Positions 49,133-57,347 of a stretch of 64,000 bases of DNA are shown piece after piece. The DNA lies in assembly GCA_035484655.1 (NCBI GenBank), contig DATHOT010000117.1, positions 16,414 to 80,413 of the forward strand, given 5' to 3'. A model generated the notes under the pieces. It did not search any database. It was not told the DNA's origin and was given only the letters and a program-made list of their open reading frames with translations. This DNA is from Bryobacteraceae bacterium (GTDB lineage Bacteria; Acidobacteriota; Terriglobia; Bryobacterales; Bryobacteraceae). A program made the position numbers and the translations under genes. Each line of letters begins with the position of its first letter. Position 1 is the stretch's first letter.

Positions 49133-52100
49133 ATGTCTAAACCATCGCGGCTCAGCTTTTTCTGGCTTTTGTTGGGGCCATGCATCTCGGCCCTAACCGC
49201 CCAGGTTTCGGCGGTCGTCTCGGGCACGGTAACGGACCAGTCCGGCGCGATCGTTTCAAGGGCCACCATCACAGTGAAGAGTGTCGACACGGGGGCGGTC
49301 CGAACTACTTCAACGGACGATTCTGGCCTGTATCGAGCCTTCTCTCTGCCGGTTGGAGAATACGAGATTCGTGCGCAGAAGCCGGGTTTTACCGATGCGG
49401 TGAGGACAGGTGTTCACTTAGTAGTGGGCCAGAGCGCCACAGTGGACTTGGGCCTGCGCGTGGGAGGGTCAACCCAAGAGGTCACGGTGAACGCGGACGC
49501 TCCCTTGGTTAGTGTTGCCACTCGGGACATATCCGGGCTGGTTGGCGAGCAGCAGGTCAAGGATCTTCCGCTGAATGGACGAAGCTATGACGAGCTGCTC
49601 ACATTAAATCCTGGAGTCGTCAACTTCACCTGGGAGAAGACCGGCGGAATCGGCGTATCCAATTCCACAAATGGGAATAACTTCGCGGTTTCTGGCAATC
49701 GGCCTCAGCAGAATTTGTTCCTACTGAACGGGATTGAATTCACTGGGGCGGCTGAGAACAACATGCAGCCGGGTGGAACCAGCCAGCAACTTCTCGGCGT
49801 CGACGCCGTGCGGGAGTTCAACGTACTGAGAGACTCCTATGACGCAGAGTACGGCAAGCGCCCTGGAGCACAGGTGTTAATCGTCACTCAATCTGGGACT
49901 AACGCGTTCCACGGCTCTTTGTACGAATTCCTCCGGAATAACGCTTTCGACGCCCGGAATTTCTTCGACCCTCCTTCCGTTCCCGGTTTTCATCGGAATC
50001 AGTTTGGCGTGGCTCTAGGAGGAGCGATCCGGAAGGATAAGACCTTTGTGTTTGGTAATTACGAAGAATTTCGCCAGCACCTGCACCAGACCGGAGTAGA
50101 TCTGGTACCGGACAACAACGCGCGAAATGGATTCCTTCCGTGCGCGATCGTCAGCCCGACGCCGAATCCCTGCCCCAGTTCTGGATTGGCGTTCGTCGGG
50201 GTTTCGCCACTTATCTCGGCGTGGGCCGCGCCAACGCCGGGCGCTCCGGACTTCGGCGGAATCGCGGAGGCGCTCAATAGCCCGCTCCAAACCATCCGCG
50301 ATGACTTCGGTACCTTCCGCCTGGATCATAATTTTTCGCAAAATGATTTTCTGAACGGGATATACACCATCGATGACAGTGCGGATTTCACACCCACCAG
50401 CACGAATCTTTACGCCGCGGATGTTGCAACTCTAAGAGAGCAGGTCGTGAGTCTGCAGGAAACGCACGTTTTTTCATCGACCTTGTTGAACACCGCTCGT
50501 GTGGGTTTTTCGCGCGCCGGTTATTTCTTTACGGGGGAGCCGACGCCCGGCACGCCCGCGGCGAATCTGCCTGGTTTCCTAGCCGGCGATCCGATCGGTG
50601 CGCTCGTCGTCGGGGGTAGCGCCGCATCGAATCCAACGGCCCAAATCAGCCTCGCTGGAAGCAATAACGGAAGCAATCTGCGCGTCGCTCGAAACCTGTT
50701 CACCTATGAAGACCAGGTCTCTTTTACGAAAGGCCGCCATCAATTCAACTTTGGCGCGTGGTTCCAGCGGCTTCAGTCAAATGAGCTTCTCGCGCTCAGT
50801 CAGTACGGACAGGCGACGTTCACTAGTCTTCAAACCCTCCTGCAAGGAACGGTTGGAACTCTTCTATACGATCCCGCGCCGACTCCGCTCGGCTGGCGGG
50901 CATGGTTCGGAGCGTTCCATGCCGAGGATGTCATTCGACTGAATTCAAGGCTTACCTTGTCGTTGGGATTCCGAGACGAGTTCACGAACGGATGGAATGA
51001 AGTTCACGGCCGTGCGTCCACGTATACTTTCCCGAACGACGTTATCTCCACCCAGCCCCACATCGGTGACTCGGCCTTTACCGTGAATAACGGGAAATTT
51101 CTGCCGCAACCGCGCATTGGATTGGCTTGGAGCCCATTCGGCAATCAAAACAGGACCGTGATCCGGGCGGGCTTCGGAATGTACAACGACCTTCAGGACG
51201 CCCTCGGTTATCGCACCGATCAAAACGCGCCGTTCAATCCAACGTACAGCCTTCCTAGTGAGCCGGTTTCGCAATTGCCTTTGTCGCCGTCGGGCCCGGT
51301 GCCGTCCACTGCGAAGTTAGTGCCGGGCGGAGTGCAACCGGACCTGCAAACTCCCACCCTGATCTCCTGGTCCTTTCGAATCGAACAAGAACTCACCGCG
51401 AACACGGCCTTGACGGTCGGATACGTTGGATCTCACGGTTATCATGAAATTCTTGGCATCGACGCCAACGAACCCTTTCCCGTCATTTGCCCCGCTACTC
51501 CTTGTCCGGCGAACTATCCCAACAATTTCCCGGCTGGCATCGCTGGCACACCCGTTCCGGCAGGGACTTATTACGTCCCGACTGCAACAAAACCCAACCC
51601 CGCGATCGCCAATACGTGGACCTATTTTTCCGAGGCCGACAGCTCCTATCACGCGCTGCAGTTGGATGTGAATCATCGGTTCAGCACCGGCTTTGCGCTA
51701 CGCGGAGTGTATACGTGGTCGAAGACCATCGATGACGGTGACTCGCTCAACGCGACTACGTCAGGTGGTGAACCCGCACTGGCATCCAATCCGTTCAACC
51801 TCCGAGCGGATCGTGGATTGGCTAACTTTGATGTCAGAAACGCAGCTGCTGTCAGTGGAGTCTATGAACTCCCATTTGGACGAGGAAAGCGTTTGCTGAA
51901 CAATGCGCGCGGCTTCGGAAACGGGTTGGCGAGTGGCTGGACGATCAACTCGATTCTCACGCTTCAGCAGGGATTCCCGTTTACGCCGCAGCTCAGCTAC
52001 AACCCATCGAACAATGGCGACACGCGAAACCCTGTGCGTCCTTTCGTGAACCCCGCTTTTGGTAGTTCGGTTATCCTGGGCACCCCGAATCAGTGGTTCA

Positions 52101-52402
52101 ATCCCGCGGCATTTCTTGCGCCGCCAAACAACAGTGGATTCTATGGGAATCTCGGACGAGACACCTTGATTGGCCCTGGCTTGGCCACACTGGACTTTTC
52201 CGTCTTCAAGGAGACTCGGATACGCGAGCGATTGAGTTTGCAGTTTCGCGCGGAGTTTTTCAATATCCTGAACAAGGCCAACTTCAATACGCCGAATGCT
52301 ATTGTGTTCACACCTTCCGGCGTTTCGCCGACCGCCGGAGTGATTACGAGCACGGCCACAACATCGCGGCAGATTCAGTTTGGTCTGAAGTTGCGTTGGT
52401 AA
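49133..52402 (+). CDS. TonB-dependent receptor with carboxypeptidase-regulatory-like N-domain
   Basis: Signal peptide. VSGTVTDQSGAIVSRATITVKSVDTG. Size is 1089 aa. Terminal ...QIQFGLKLRW. Confidence 0.9.
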   Translation: MSKPSRLSFFWLLLGPCISALTAQVSAVVSGTVTDQSGAIVSRATITVKSVDTGAVRTTSTDDSGLYRAFSLPVGEYEIRAQKPGFTDAVRTGVHLVVGQSATVDLGLRVGGSTQEVTVNADAPLVSVATRDISGLVGEQQVKDLPLNGRSYDELLTLNPGVVNFTWEKTGGIGVSNSTNGNNFAVSGNRPQQNLFLLNGIEFTGAAENNMQPGGTSQQLLGVDAVREFNVLRDSYDAEYGKRPGAQVLIVTQSGTNAFHGSLYEFLRNNAFDARNFFDPPSVPGFHRNQFGVALGGAIRKDKTFVFGNYEEFRQHLHQTGVDLVPDNNARNGFLPCAIVSPTPNPCPSSGLAFVGVSPLISAWAAPTPGAPDFGGIAEALNSPLQTIRDDFGTFRLDHNFSQNDFLNGIYTIDDSADFTPTSTNLYAADVATLREQVVSLQETHVFSSTLLNTARVGFSRAGYFFTGEPTPGTPAANLPGFLAGDPIGALVVGGSAASNPTAQISLAGSNNGSNLRVARNLFTYEDQVSFTKGRHQFNFGAWFQRLQSNELLALSQYGQATFTSLQTLLQGTVGTLLYDPAPTPLGWRAWFGAFHAEDVIRLNSRLTLSLGFRDEFTNGWNEVHGRASTYTFPNDVISTQPHIGDSAFTVNNGKFLPQPRIGLAWSPFGNQNRTVIRAGFGMYNDLQDALGYRTDQNAPFNPTYSLPSEPVSQLPLSPSGPVPSTAKLVPGGVQPDLQTPTLISWSFRIEQELTANTALTVGYVGSHGYHEILGIDANEPFPVICPATPCPANYPNNFPAGIAGTPVPAGTYYVPTATKPNPAIANTWTYFSEADSSYHALQLDVNHRFSTGFALRGVYTWSKTIDDGDSLNATTSGGEPALASNPFNLRADRGLANFDVRNAAAVSGVYELPFGRGKRLLNNARGFGNGLASGWTINSILTLQQGFPFTPQLSYNPSNNGDTRNPVRPFVNPAFGSSVILGTPNQWFNPAAFLAPPNNSGFYGNLGRDTLIGPGLATLDFSVFKETRIRERLSLQFRAEFFNILNKANFNTPNAIVFTPSGVSPTAGVITSTATTSRQIQFGLKLRW

Positions 52403-52438
52403 GACGTATTCCGGCTGACGTTACAATGTGAGGTAGTC

Positions 52439-52927
52439 ATGTATACACGACGCTCGCTGGGTTTGGCGATTCTTACAGCTATTCTTCTGCCGGCGCAGGA
52501 CGCGCAGCCATCCGTTCAAGTCACCGGATCGGTCAAGCAGGCGCTCACATTAACCGCCGACGATCTCGCGAAAATGCCACGGGCGACCGTCCGAACCACA
52601 AACAACGGAATGGAGACGGTTTATGAAGGAGTCTGGCTCCACGAAATATTGAAGAAGGCGGGCGTTCCACAAGGAAGCGAGCTTCGCGGCAAAGCGCTTT
52701 CGAGCTATGTGATTGCCGAGGCTCAGGACGGGTATCAAGTCGTCTTCTCGCTCGGTGAACTCGACCCGGCGTTTATCGATAACGAGATCTTGCTGGCGGA
52801 TACCGCGAATGGCAAGCCCTTGTTCGGCGCGCAGGGCCGGTTCAGGCTGGTTGTGCCGAAGGACAAACCAGGCGCGCGCTCGGTCCGAATGTTGACCAAG
52901 CTCGAAGTCGTTCAGTTGAGGAAATAG
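52439..52927 (+). CDS. Small exported Oxidored_molyb-like domain protein lacking cysteine
   Basis: Signal peptide. Pattern VQVTGSVKQALTLTADDLAKMP ... GKPLFGAQGRFRLVVPKDKPGARSVRMLTKLEVV is typical of short sulfite-oxidase-fold proteins. There is no Cys in the 162 aa. Confidence 0.6.
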   Translation: MYTRRSLGLAILTAILLPAQDAQPSVQVTGSVKQALTLTADDLAKMPRATVRTTNNGMETVYEGVWLHEILKKAGVPQGSELRGKALSSYVIAEAQDGYQVVFSLGELDPAFIDNEILLADTANGKPLFGAQGRFRLVVPKDKPGARSVRMLTKLEVVQLRK

Positions 52928-52932
52928 TCATT

Positions 52933-54054
52933 GTGAAAACACGCGTCGAGAACCGGCTGGGCCAAATTCGAAAGAGCAGAGGCGTAGGCGCCTCGGACTT
53001 GGCTCGAAGGGTACACGTGAGCCGGCAGACGATTTACGCCATCGAAGCCGGGACCTACGTTCCCAACACCGAAGTTGCGTTGAATCTCGCCCGCGAGTTG
53101 GAAGTCACGATCGACGAGCTGTTTTCGCTGCAGGAACGATCCCGGCAGTCGCCCGAGTCGCTGGCGGCAGAAGTGCTCAGCGCGGAAGCACCTTCAAAGG
53201 GCCAGCCCGTGCGCGTCTGCCAGATCGGATCGCGGTGGGTCAGCGTTCCAGTCAGCGCCTCTCCTTACTATATGCCGGAAGCCGATGGCATCATCCAGCG
53301 CACTGGACGAACGAGCGGTCGTGCTGACCTGGTTGTGTTTGCCAAGGACGAAGCGGCCCAGAAACGGCTCATTTTAGCTGGTTGCGACCCGGCTACCGGT
53401 CTTCTCGCCAGAATGGTGGAAAAAATCAGCGGTGTGGAAATCGTCTCAGCCGCGGCCTCCAGTAAGCTCGCCCTATCCTGGCTCTCGGAAGGGAAGGTGC
53501 ACATCGCCGGCTCGCATCTTGAAGATCCGAAAACAGGCGAATTCAACCTGCCTTTCATCCGCAAACATTTCCCGGACGAAGATTTCACTGTCGTCACGTT
53601 TGCGCGCTGGGAGGAAGGATTGGTAATCGCGTCCGGAAATCCCAAAGGTGTTCGCAAAGTTGAAGATCTGGCGCGGAAAAATATCAGGTTCGTGAATCGG
53701 GAGCCGGGCTCTGGCAGCCGTGGGCTATTAGATCAGCTTCTGCAGAAGAATGGGATGGAGGCTCTGAGGGTCCAGGGATATGATCGGGTTGCGTATGGCC
53801 ATCTCGCGGCCGCTTATTACGTCGTCTCACGGGAGGCAGATGTTTGCCTGGCGACTCGATCTGCCGCTCAGACCTTTGGTTTGGATTTCATACCGCTGCA
53901 CAGCGAGCGCTACGATCTGGTGATGCGCAAGCGCACCGCGGATCTGCCGGCGGTTAAAGCCTTCCTGGATGTCTTGCAACGTGCCACGCTGCGCCGCAAG
54001 TTGGAGGTACTGGCCGGCTATGACACGTCGGAAACCGGAACGCTGGTTGCTTAA
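52933..54054 (+). CDS. XRE-family HTH regulator fused to a PBP-like (COG1910/PF12727-type) ligand-binding domain
   Basis: HTH LARRVHVSRQTIYAIEAGTYVPNTEVALNLAREL. C-terminal LAGCDPATGLL, FVNREPGSGSRGLLDQLL and GLDFIPLHSERYDLVMRK. Confidence 0.75.
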   Translation: MKTRVENRLGQIRKSRGVGASDLARRVHVSRQTIYAIEAGTYVPNTEVALNLARELEVTIDELFSLQERSRQSPESLAAEVLSAEAPSKGQPVRVCQIGSRWVSVPVSASPYYMPEADGIIQRTGRTSGRADLVVFAKDEAAQKRLILAGCDPATGLLARMVEKISGVEIVSAAASSKLALSWLSEGKVHIAGSHLEDPKTGEFNLPFIRKHFPDEDFTVVTFARWEEGLVIASGNPKGVRKVEDLARKNIRFVNREPGSGSRGLLDQLLQKNGMEALRVQGYDRVAYGHLAAAYYVVSREADVCLATRSAAQTFGLDFIPLHSERYDLVMRKRTADLPAVKAFLDVLQRATLRRKLEVLAGYDTSETGTLVA

Positions 54055-55150
54055 GCGCGTCACCCTTGCGTTCGCCATCGGGGCGGCCTTGATGGGCGCT
54101 GATTTCGATTGGAGATTGCCCAAAGGTTTCCCTCGTCCCGCAGTCCCCGCCGATAACCCGATGAGCGCCGCAAAGGTCGAACTCGGCCGGCGCCTCTTCT
54201 ATGACAAACGGATCTCGGTAAACGGTAAGGCGTCTTGCGGGACTTGCCACCGGCAGGATCTGGCTTTCACCGATGGACTGGCTCGTGCGGAAGGTACAAC
54301 TGGACAAGTCCATCCGCGCAGCAGTATGAGTCTGGTCAACGTGGCATATGCGCCGCTATTGACATGGGCGAATCCTACACTCGATTCTTTGGAAGAGCAG
54401 GCAGTGACTCCGATGCTGGGGGAGGAGCCCATCGAACTTGGGCTGAAGGGACATGAGCAGGAGTTTCTGAATCTTTTACGGAGTGATCCGCTCTATCAGC
54501 GGCTGTTCCCCAAAGCTTTCCCGGAAGTAGGCGACGTTTATACGCTCAAGAACGTCACAAAAGCAATTGCCGCCTTCGAACGGACGATCATCTCCATGAG
54601 GTCGCCCTATGACCGATACCGCTGGGGCGGCGACTCATCGGCCATCTCGGATTCGGCCAAGCGAGGAGAACTCCTTTTTTCCTCGAGCGAGCGAGGGGGA
54701 TGCTTTCAATGCCACGGCGGCTGGAATTTTACGACAATCCGATTCGACGGAAAGCGGGATGGACGCGCCGAAGGCGATCCGCGCGGCGGGTTTTTCAACA
54801 CAGGCGTATCGCTGTATGCGCCGCCGAACCGCGGTCTCTATGAACGCACGCTAAGGCTAGAGGACGTTGGAAAATTTCGAGCACCGTCGCTGAGGAACAT
54901 CGCACTTACAGCGCCGTACATGCACGATGGCAGTCTGACCACGCTGGAAGAAGTGATCGATCACTACGCGGCCGGCGGCAAAATGGATCACCCGAATAAA
55001 TCGCGGATCCTTCGGCCATTCCGCCTGACGGACGATGAAAAGCGCGATCTAATCGAGTTCCTCAAATCGCTCACTGACGAAGAGTTGCTTCACGATCCTC
55101 GGTGGAGCGACCCTTGGACCACAATAAGCAGACCAACCGCCTCGAAATAA
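54020..55150 (+). CDS. Dihaem cytochrome c peroxidase / MauG family protein
   Basis: ATG at 54020, 11 nt after GGAGG, overlapping the regulator gene by 35 nt. Haem motifs CGTCHRQ and CFQCHGG. APYMHDGSLTTLEEVIDHY. Confidence 0.9.
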   Translation: MTRRKPERWLLKRVTLAFAIGAALMGADFDWRLPKGFPRPAVPADNPMSAAKVELGRRLFYDKRISVNGKASCGTCHRQDLAFTDGLARAEGTTGQVHPRSSMSLVNVAYAPLLTWANPTLDSLEEQAVTPMLGEEPIELGLKGHEQEFLNLLRSDPLYQRLFPKAFPEVGDVYTLKNVTKAIAAFERTIISMRSPYDRYRWGGDSSAISDSAKRGELLFSSSERGGCFQCHGGWNFTTIRFDGKRDGRAEGDPRGGFFNTGVSLYAPPNRGLYERTLRLEDVGKFRAPSLRNIALTAPYMHDGSLTTLEEVIDHYAAGGKMDHPNKSRILRPFRLTDDEKRDLIEFLKSLTDEELLHDPRWSDPWTTISRPTASK

Positions 55151-55160
55151 TATAAGGGCT

Positions 55161-55290
55161 CTAGTCCTTCTGGAGCATGACCCCCGTCGACTTGATTACG
55201 ACGGTGACCTTGTCTCACGTTTTCCATAATGTCGCTTAGCGTCACTTCCACGACTTTTCCTTCGAGCTGGTTTCTCGCTGATATGGGCCC
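55161..55290 (-). pseudogene. Remnant of a Mop/TOBE (molbindin) gene with internal out-of-frame deletion and no start codon
   Basis: The minus strand reads ISARNQLEGKVVEVTLSDIMENV in one frame, then DKVTVVIKSTGVMLQKD* in another. These match the N- and C-terminal ends of a TOBE domain of about 68 aa. The middle is missing and no ATG/GTG precedes ISARN. Confidence 0.6.
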
Positions 55291-55436
55291 GACCTCAGGA
55301 TGCCACGATTACGATCACATGGCCGAGACTCACGATCCCAGCTCAATGAAAACAGACGTTCGTGGCCAAGCCGAGCCGGACTGTTGCCTGAATGTAGGGC
55401 TAAACCAGACGCGCAGAGGCGCGGGCAGTGCATCGC

Positions 55437-57233
55437 TCAAAAGCCGGGCGGGCGTTCGGCCGCCACATTCAAGGTTCGCTCCAGGGCCAGCCCGGCCCGT
55501 CCGATGGTCCCCTCGTCGAACAGGCGTCCAATGAGTGTGACCCCGTGAGGCACTCGTCGGGGCGGGGAAAATTTGGGAAGCGGGTGCGCGGGGTCCGGAG
55601 CCCAATCGCTGCGCGCTTCCGACACTTCAACAAATCCGGCCCGGAGAGTAAGAGACGGATGGCCCGTGAAATTGGTGATCGTAAGGATCTCATCGCGAAG
55701 TGACGGGACGAGCAGCAGGTCCACTTGGGAAAAAATGCGAGCCATTTCTTGCGCCACGCTGCGTCGAAAACGATCGGCCTGGACGAAGTCCACGGCGGAC
55801 AGGAACCGGGCCTGGCGAAAGAGGTTGGGCCATGCGTCGGGAACCTGCGCCTTGAGTTCTTTGAGGCCCCCGGAGAGTGTGAGCTCCTCGAAAGCAGCGG
55901 CGCCTTCAGCGAAGAGAATCAGGTCTAGCGAATCATAGGGCCAATCCGGAAGCGACACTTCGGTCGGAACCATACCGAGCTTGCGGACAGTTTCCAGAGC
56001 GGCGCGATCGACATCGGTGGCGGGCGCTTCCTTCATCCAAACGGGAATGTAGCCGACCCGCAGACCAGTAACGGGCGCAGAAACGTCGAAATCGAGGTGG
56101 CTCGGGACGCTGGATACATCCCCGGGGTCTGGGCCGGAGATCGCTTGCAACACAAGCAGTCCGTCTTCCACGCCACGAGTCATGGGCCCGAGTTTGTCGA
56201 GCGACCAGCAGAGCGTCATGGCTCCCGTGCGCGGAACCCGTCCATAGGTCGGGCGCAGCCCAGTGACGCCACAGCGCACGGAGGGGCTGACAATGCTGCC
56301 ACCGGTTTCGCTCCCGATGGAAAAGCCGACCAATCCCGCGGCGGTCGCGGCGCCCGGGCCAGCGCTGGATCCGGACGCACCTTCCTCCAAAAGCCATGGA
56401 TTCACGGTCTGGCCACCGAACCATATGTCATTGAGCGCAAGTGCACCGAGGCTCAATTTGGCAACGAGTACGGCTCCGCCATCGTGAAGGCGCTTCACAA
56501 CCACGGCATCTTGCTGGGGCACGCGATTGCGATATGGTTCGGCGCCGTAGGTGGTAGGAATGCCGGCGGTATCCAGCAGATCTTTGGCGCCCCAAGGTAT
56601 GCCATGCAGCGGTCCGCGGTAGTGTCCGGCGGCGATCTCGCGGTCGGCCTGCCGGGCCTGTGAAAGGGCCAAATCGCTAGTGAGCGTTATGACGCAACGG
56701 AGCTTGGAATCGAACCGCTGTAAGCGGTCCAGATAGATCCGTGTGAGGCGTTCAGACGTTAGTTGGCGCGTTTCGATCCAGCGGGACAGTTGGGACACCG
56801 TAGCAAAAGCGATGTCCTGGTCGCTAGAGGGAAGGGGATTGTGCGTGCTGGGTGTGCGGATGAAGCGGTCACTCCTCGGGCCTGCCTCTAGCCCCGGTAA
56901 CATAGGATCCCAGCGCGTAGCGGGCGCGACCGACTGCGGCGGAAAGAACTTACGCGGTCCGGCGCGGCGTTCGTAGAGGGGCGCCATCATTTTGCGCCAA
57001 TTGCCAGCCGCTGTTTGGCGGTCGATGGGGCTTAGCTCAAATTGGACGAGTTTTTCGGCCTCGGCGAAGGTGGAAGTTGAGACCGGCGGTCCCGCGTCCG
57101 GCGCAGTTCCGAAAGCCGGCGGGGCTCCGGGCGGAAGAACCCCCGAGTCTTGCGTCGGCTTACGGCAAGCAGTGAGGGCGGATATGAGAGCGGTTGATGC
57201 ACGATTGAGAAATAGGCGGCGCGAGTTTGGCAT
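55437..57233 (-). CDS. Amidase-signature family enzyme, Tat-type lipoprotein
   Basis: MPNSRRLFLNRASTALISALTAC (RR motif plus lipobox), GIPWGAKD, and GFSIGSETGGSIVSPS amidase signature. Confidence 0.88.
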   Translation of the reverse strand: MPNSRRLFLNRASTALISALTACRKPTQDSGVLPPGAPPAFGTAPDAGPPVSTSTFAEAEKLVQFELSPIDRQTAAGNWRKMMAPLYERRAGPRKFFPPQSVAPATRWDPMLPGLEAGPRSDRFIRTPSTHNPLPSSDQDIAFATVSQLSRWIETRQLTSERLTRIYLDRLQRFDSKLRCVITLTSDLALSQARQADREIAAGHYRGPLHGIPWGAKDLLDTAGIPTTYGAEPYRNRVPQQDAVVVKRLHDGGAVLVAKLSLGALALNDIWFGGQTVNPWLLEEGASGSSAGPGAATAAGLVGFSIGSETGGSIVSPSVRCGVTGLRPTYGRVPRTGAMTLCWSLDKLGPMTRGVEDGLLVLQAISGPDPGDVSSVPSHLDFDVSAPVTGLRVGYIPVWMKEAPATDVDRAALETVRKLGMVPTEVSLPDWPYDSLDLILFAEGAAAFEELTLSGGLKELKAQVPDAWPNLFRQARFLSAVDFVQADRFRRSVAQEMARIFSQVDLLLVPSLRDEILTITNFTGHPSLTLRAGFVEVSEARSDWAPDPAHPLPKFSPPRRVPHGVTLIGRLFDEGTIGRAGLALERTLNVAAERPPGF

Positions 57234-57347
57234 GCTCTGTTTCGCCCTACATTGTAGCGGGCGGACCATACGAGAAAGGTGTCGCATTCTCTTTGCTAGG
57301 AATCCTGGGTTATCATGAGGGACAATTCCGAGCTAAGGAATCATCCA

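Noticed and set aside
49018-49290. N-terminal extension of the ModA-like ORF
   Set aside because: It would overlap the divergent receptor gene and its signal peptide. The internal ATG at 49017 gives a lipoprotein signal (ILGSC) directly before the conserved ModA core.
55291-55436. Searched the gap beyond the Mop remnant for a Moco riboswitch or a clear intrinsic terminator
   Set aside because: There are only short weak hairpins (e.g. CGCGC-AGAG-GCGCG) and no convincing conserved structure. An Rfam scan is needed to decide.
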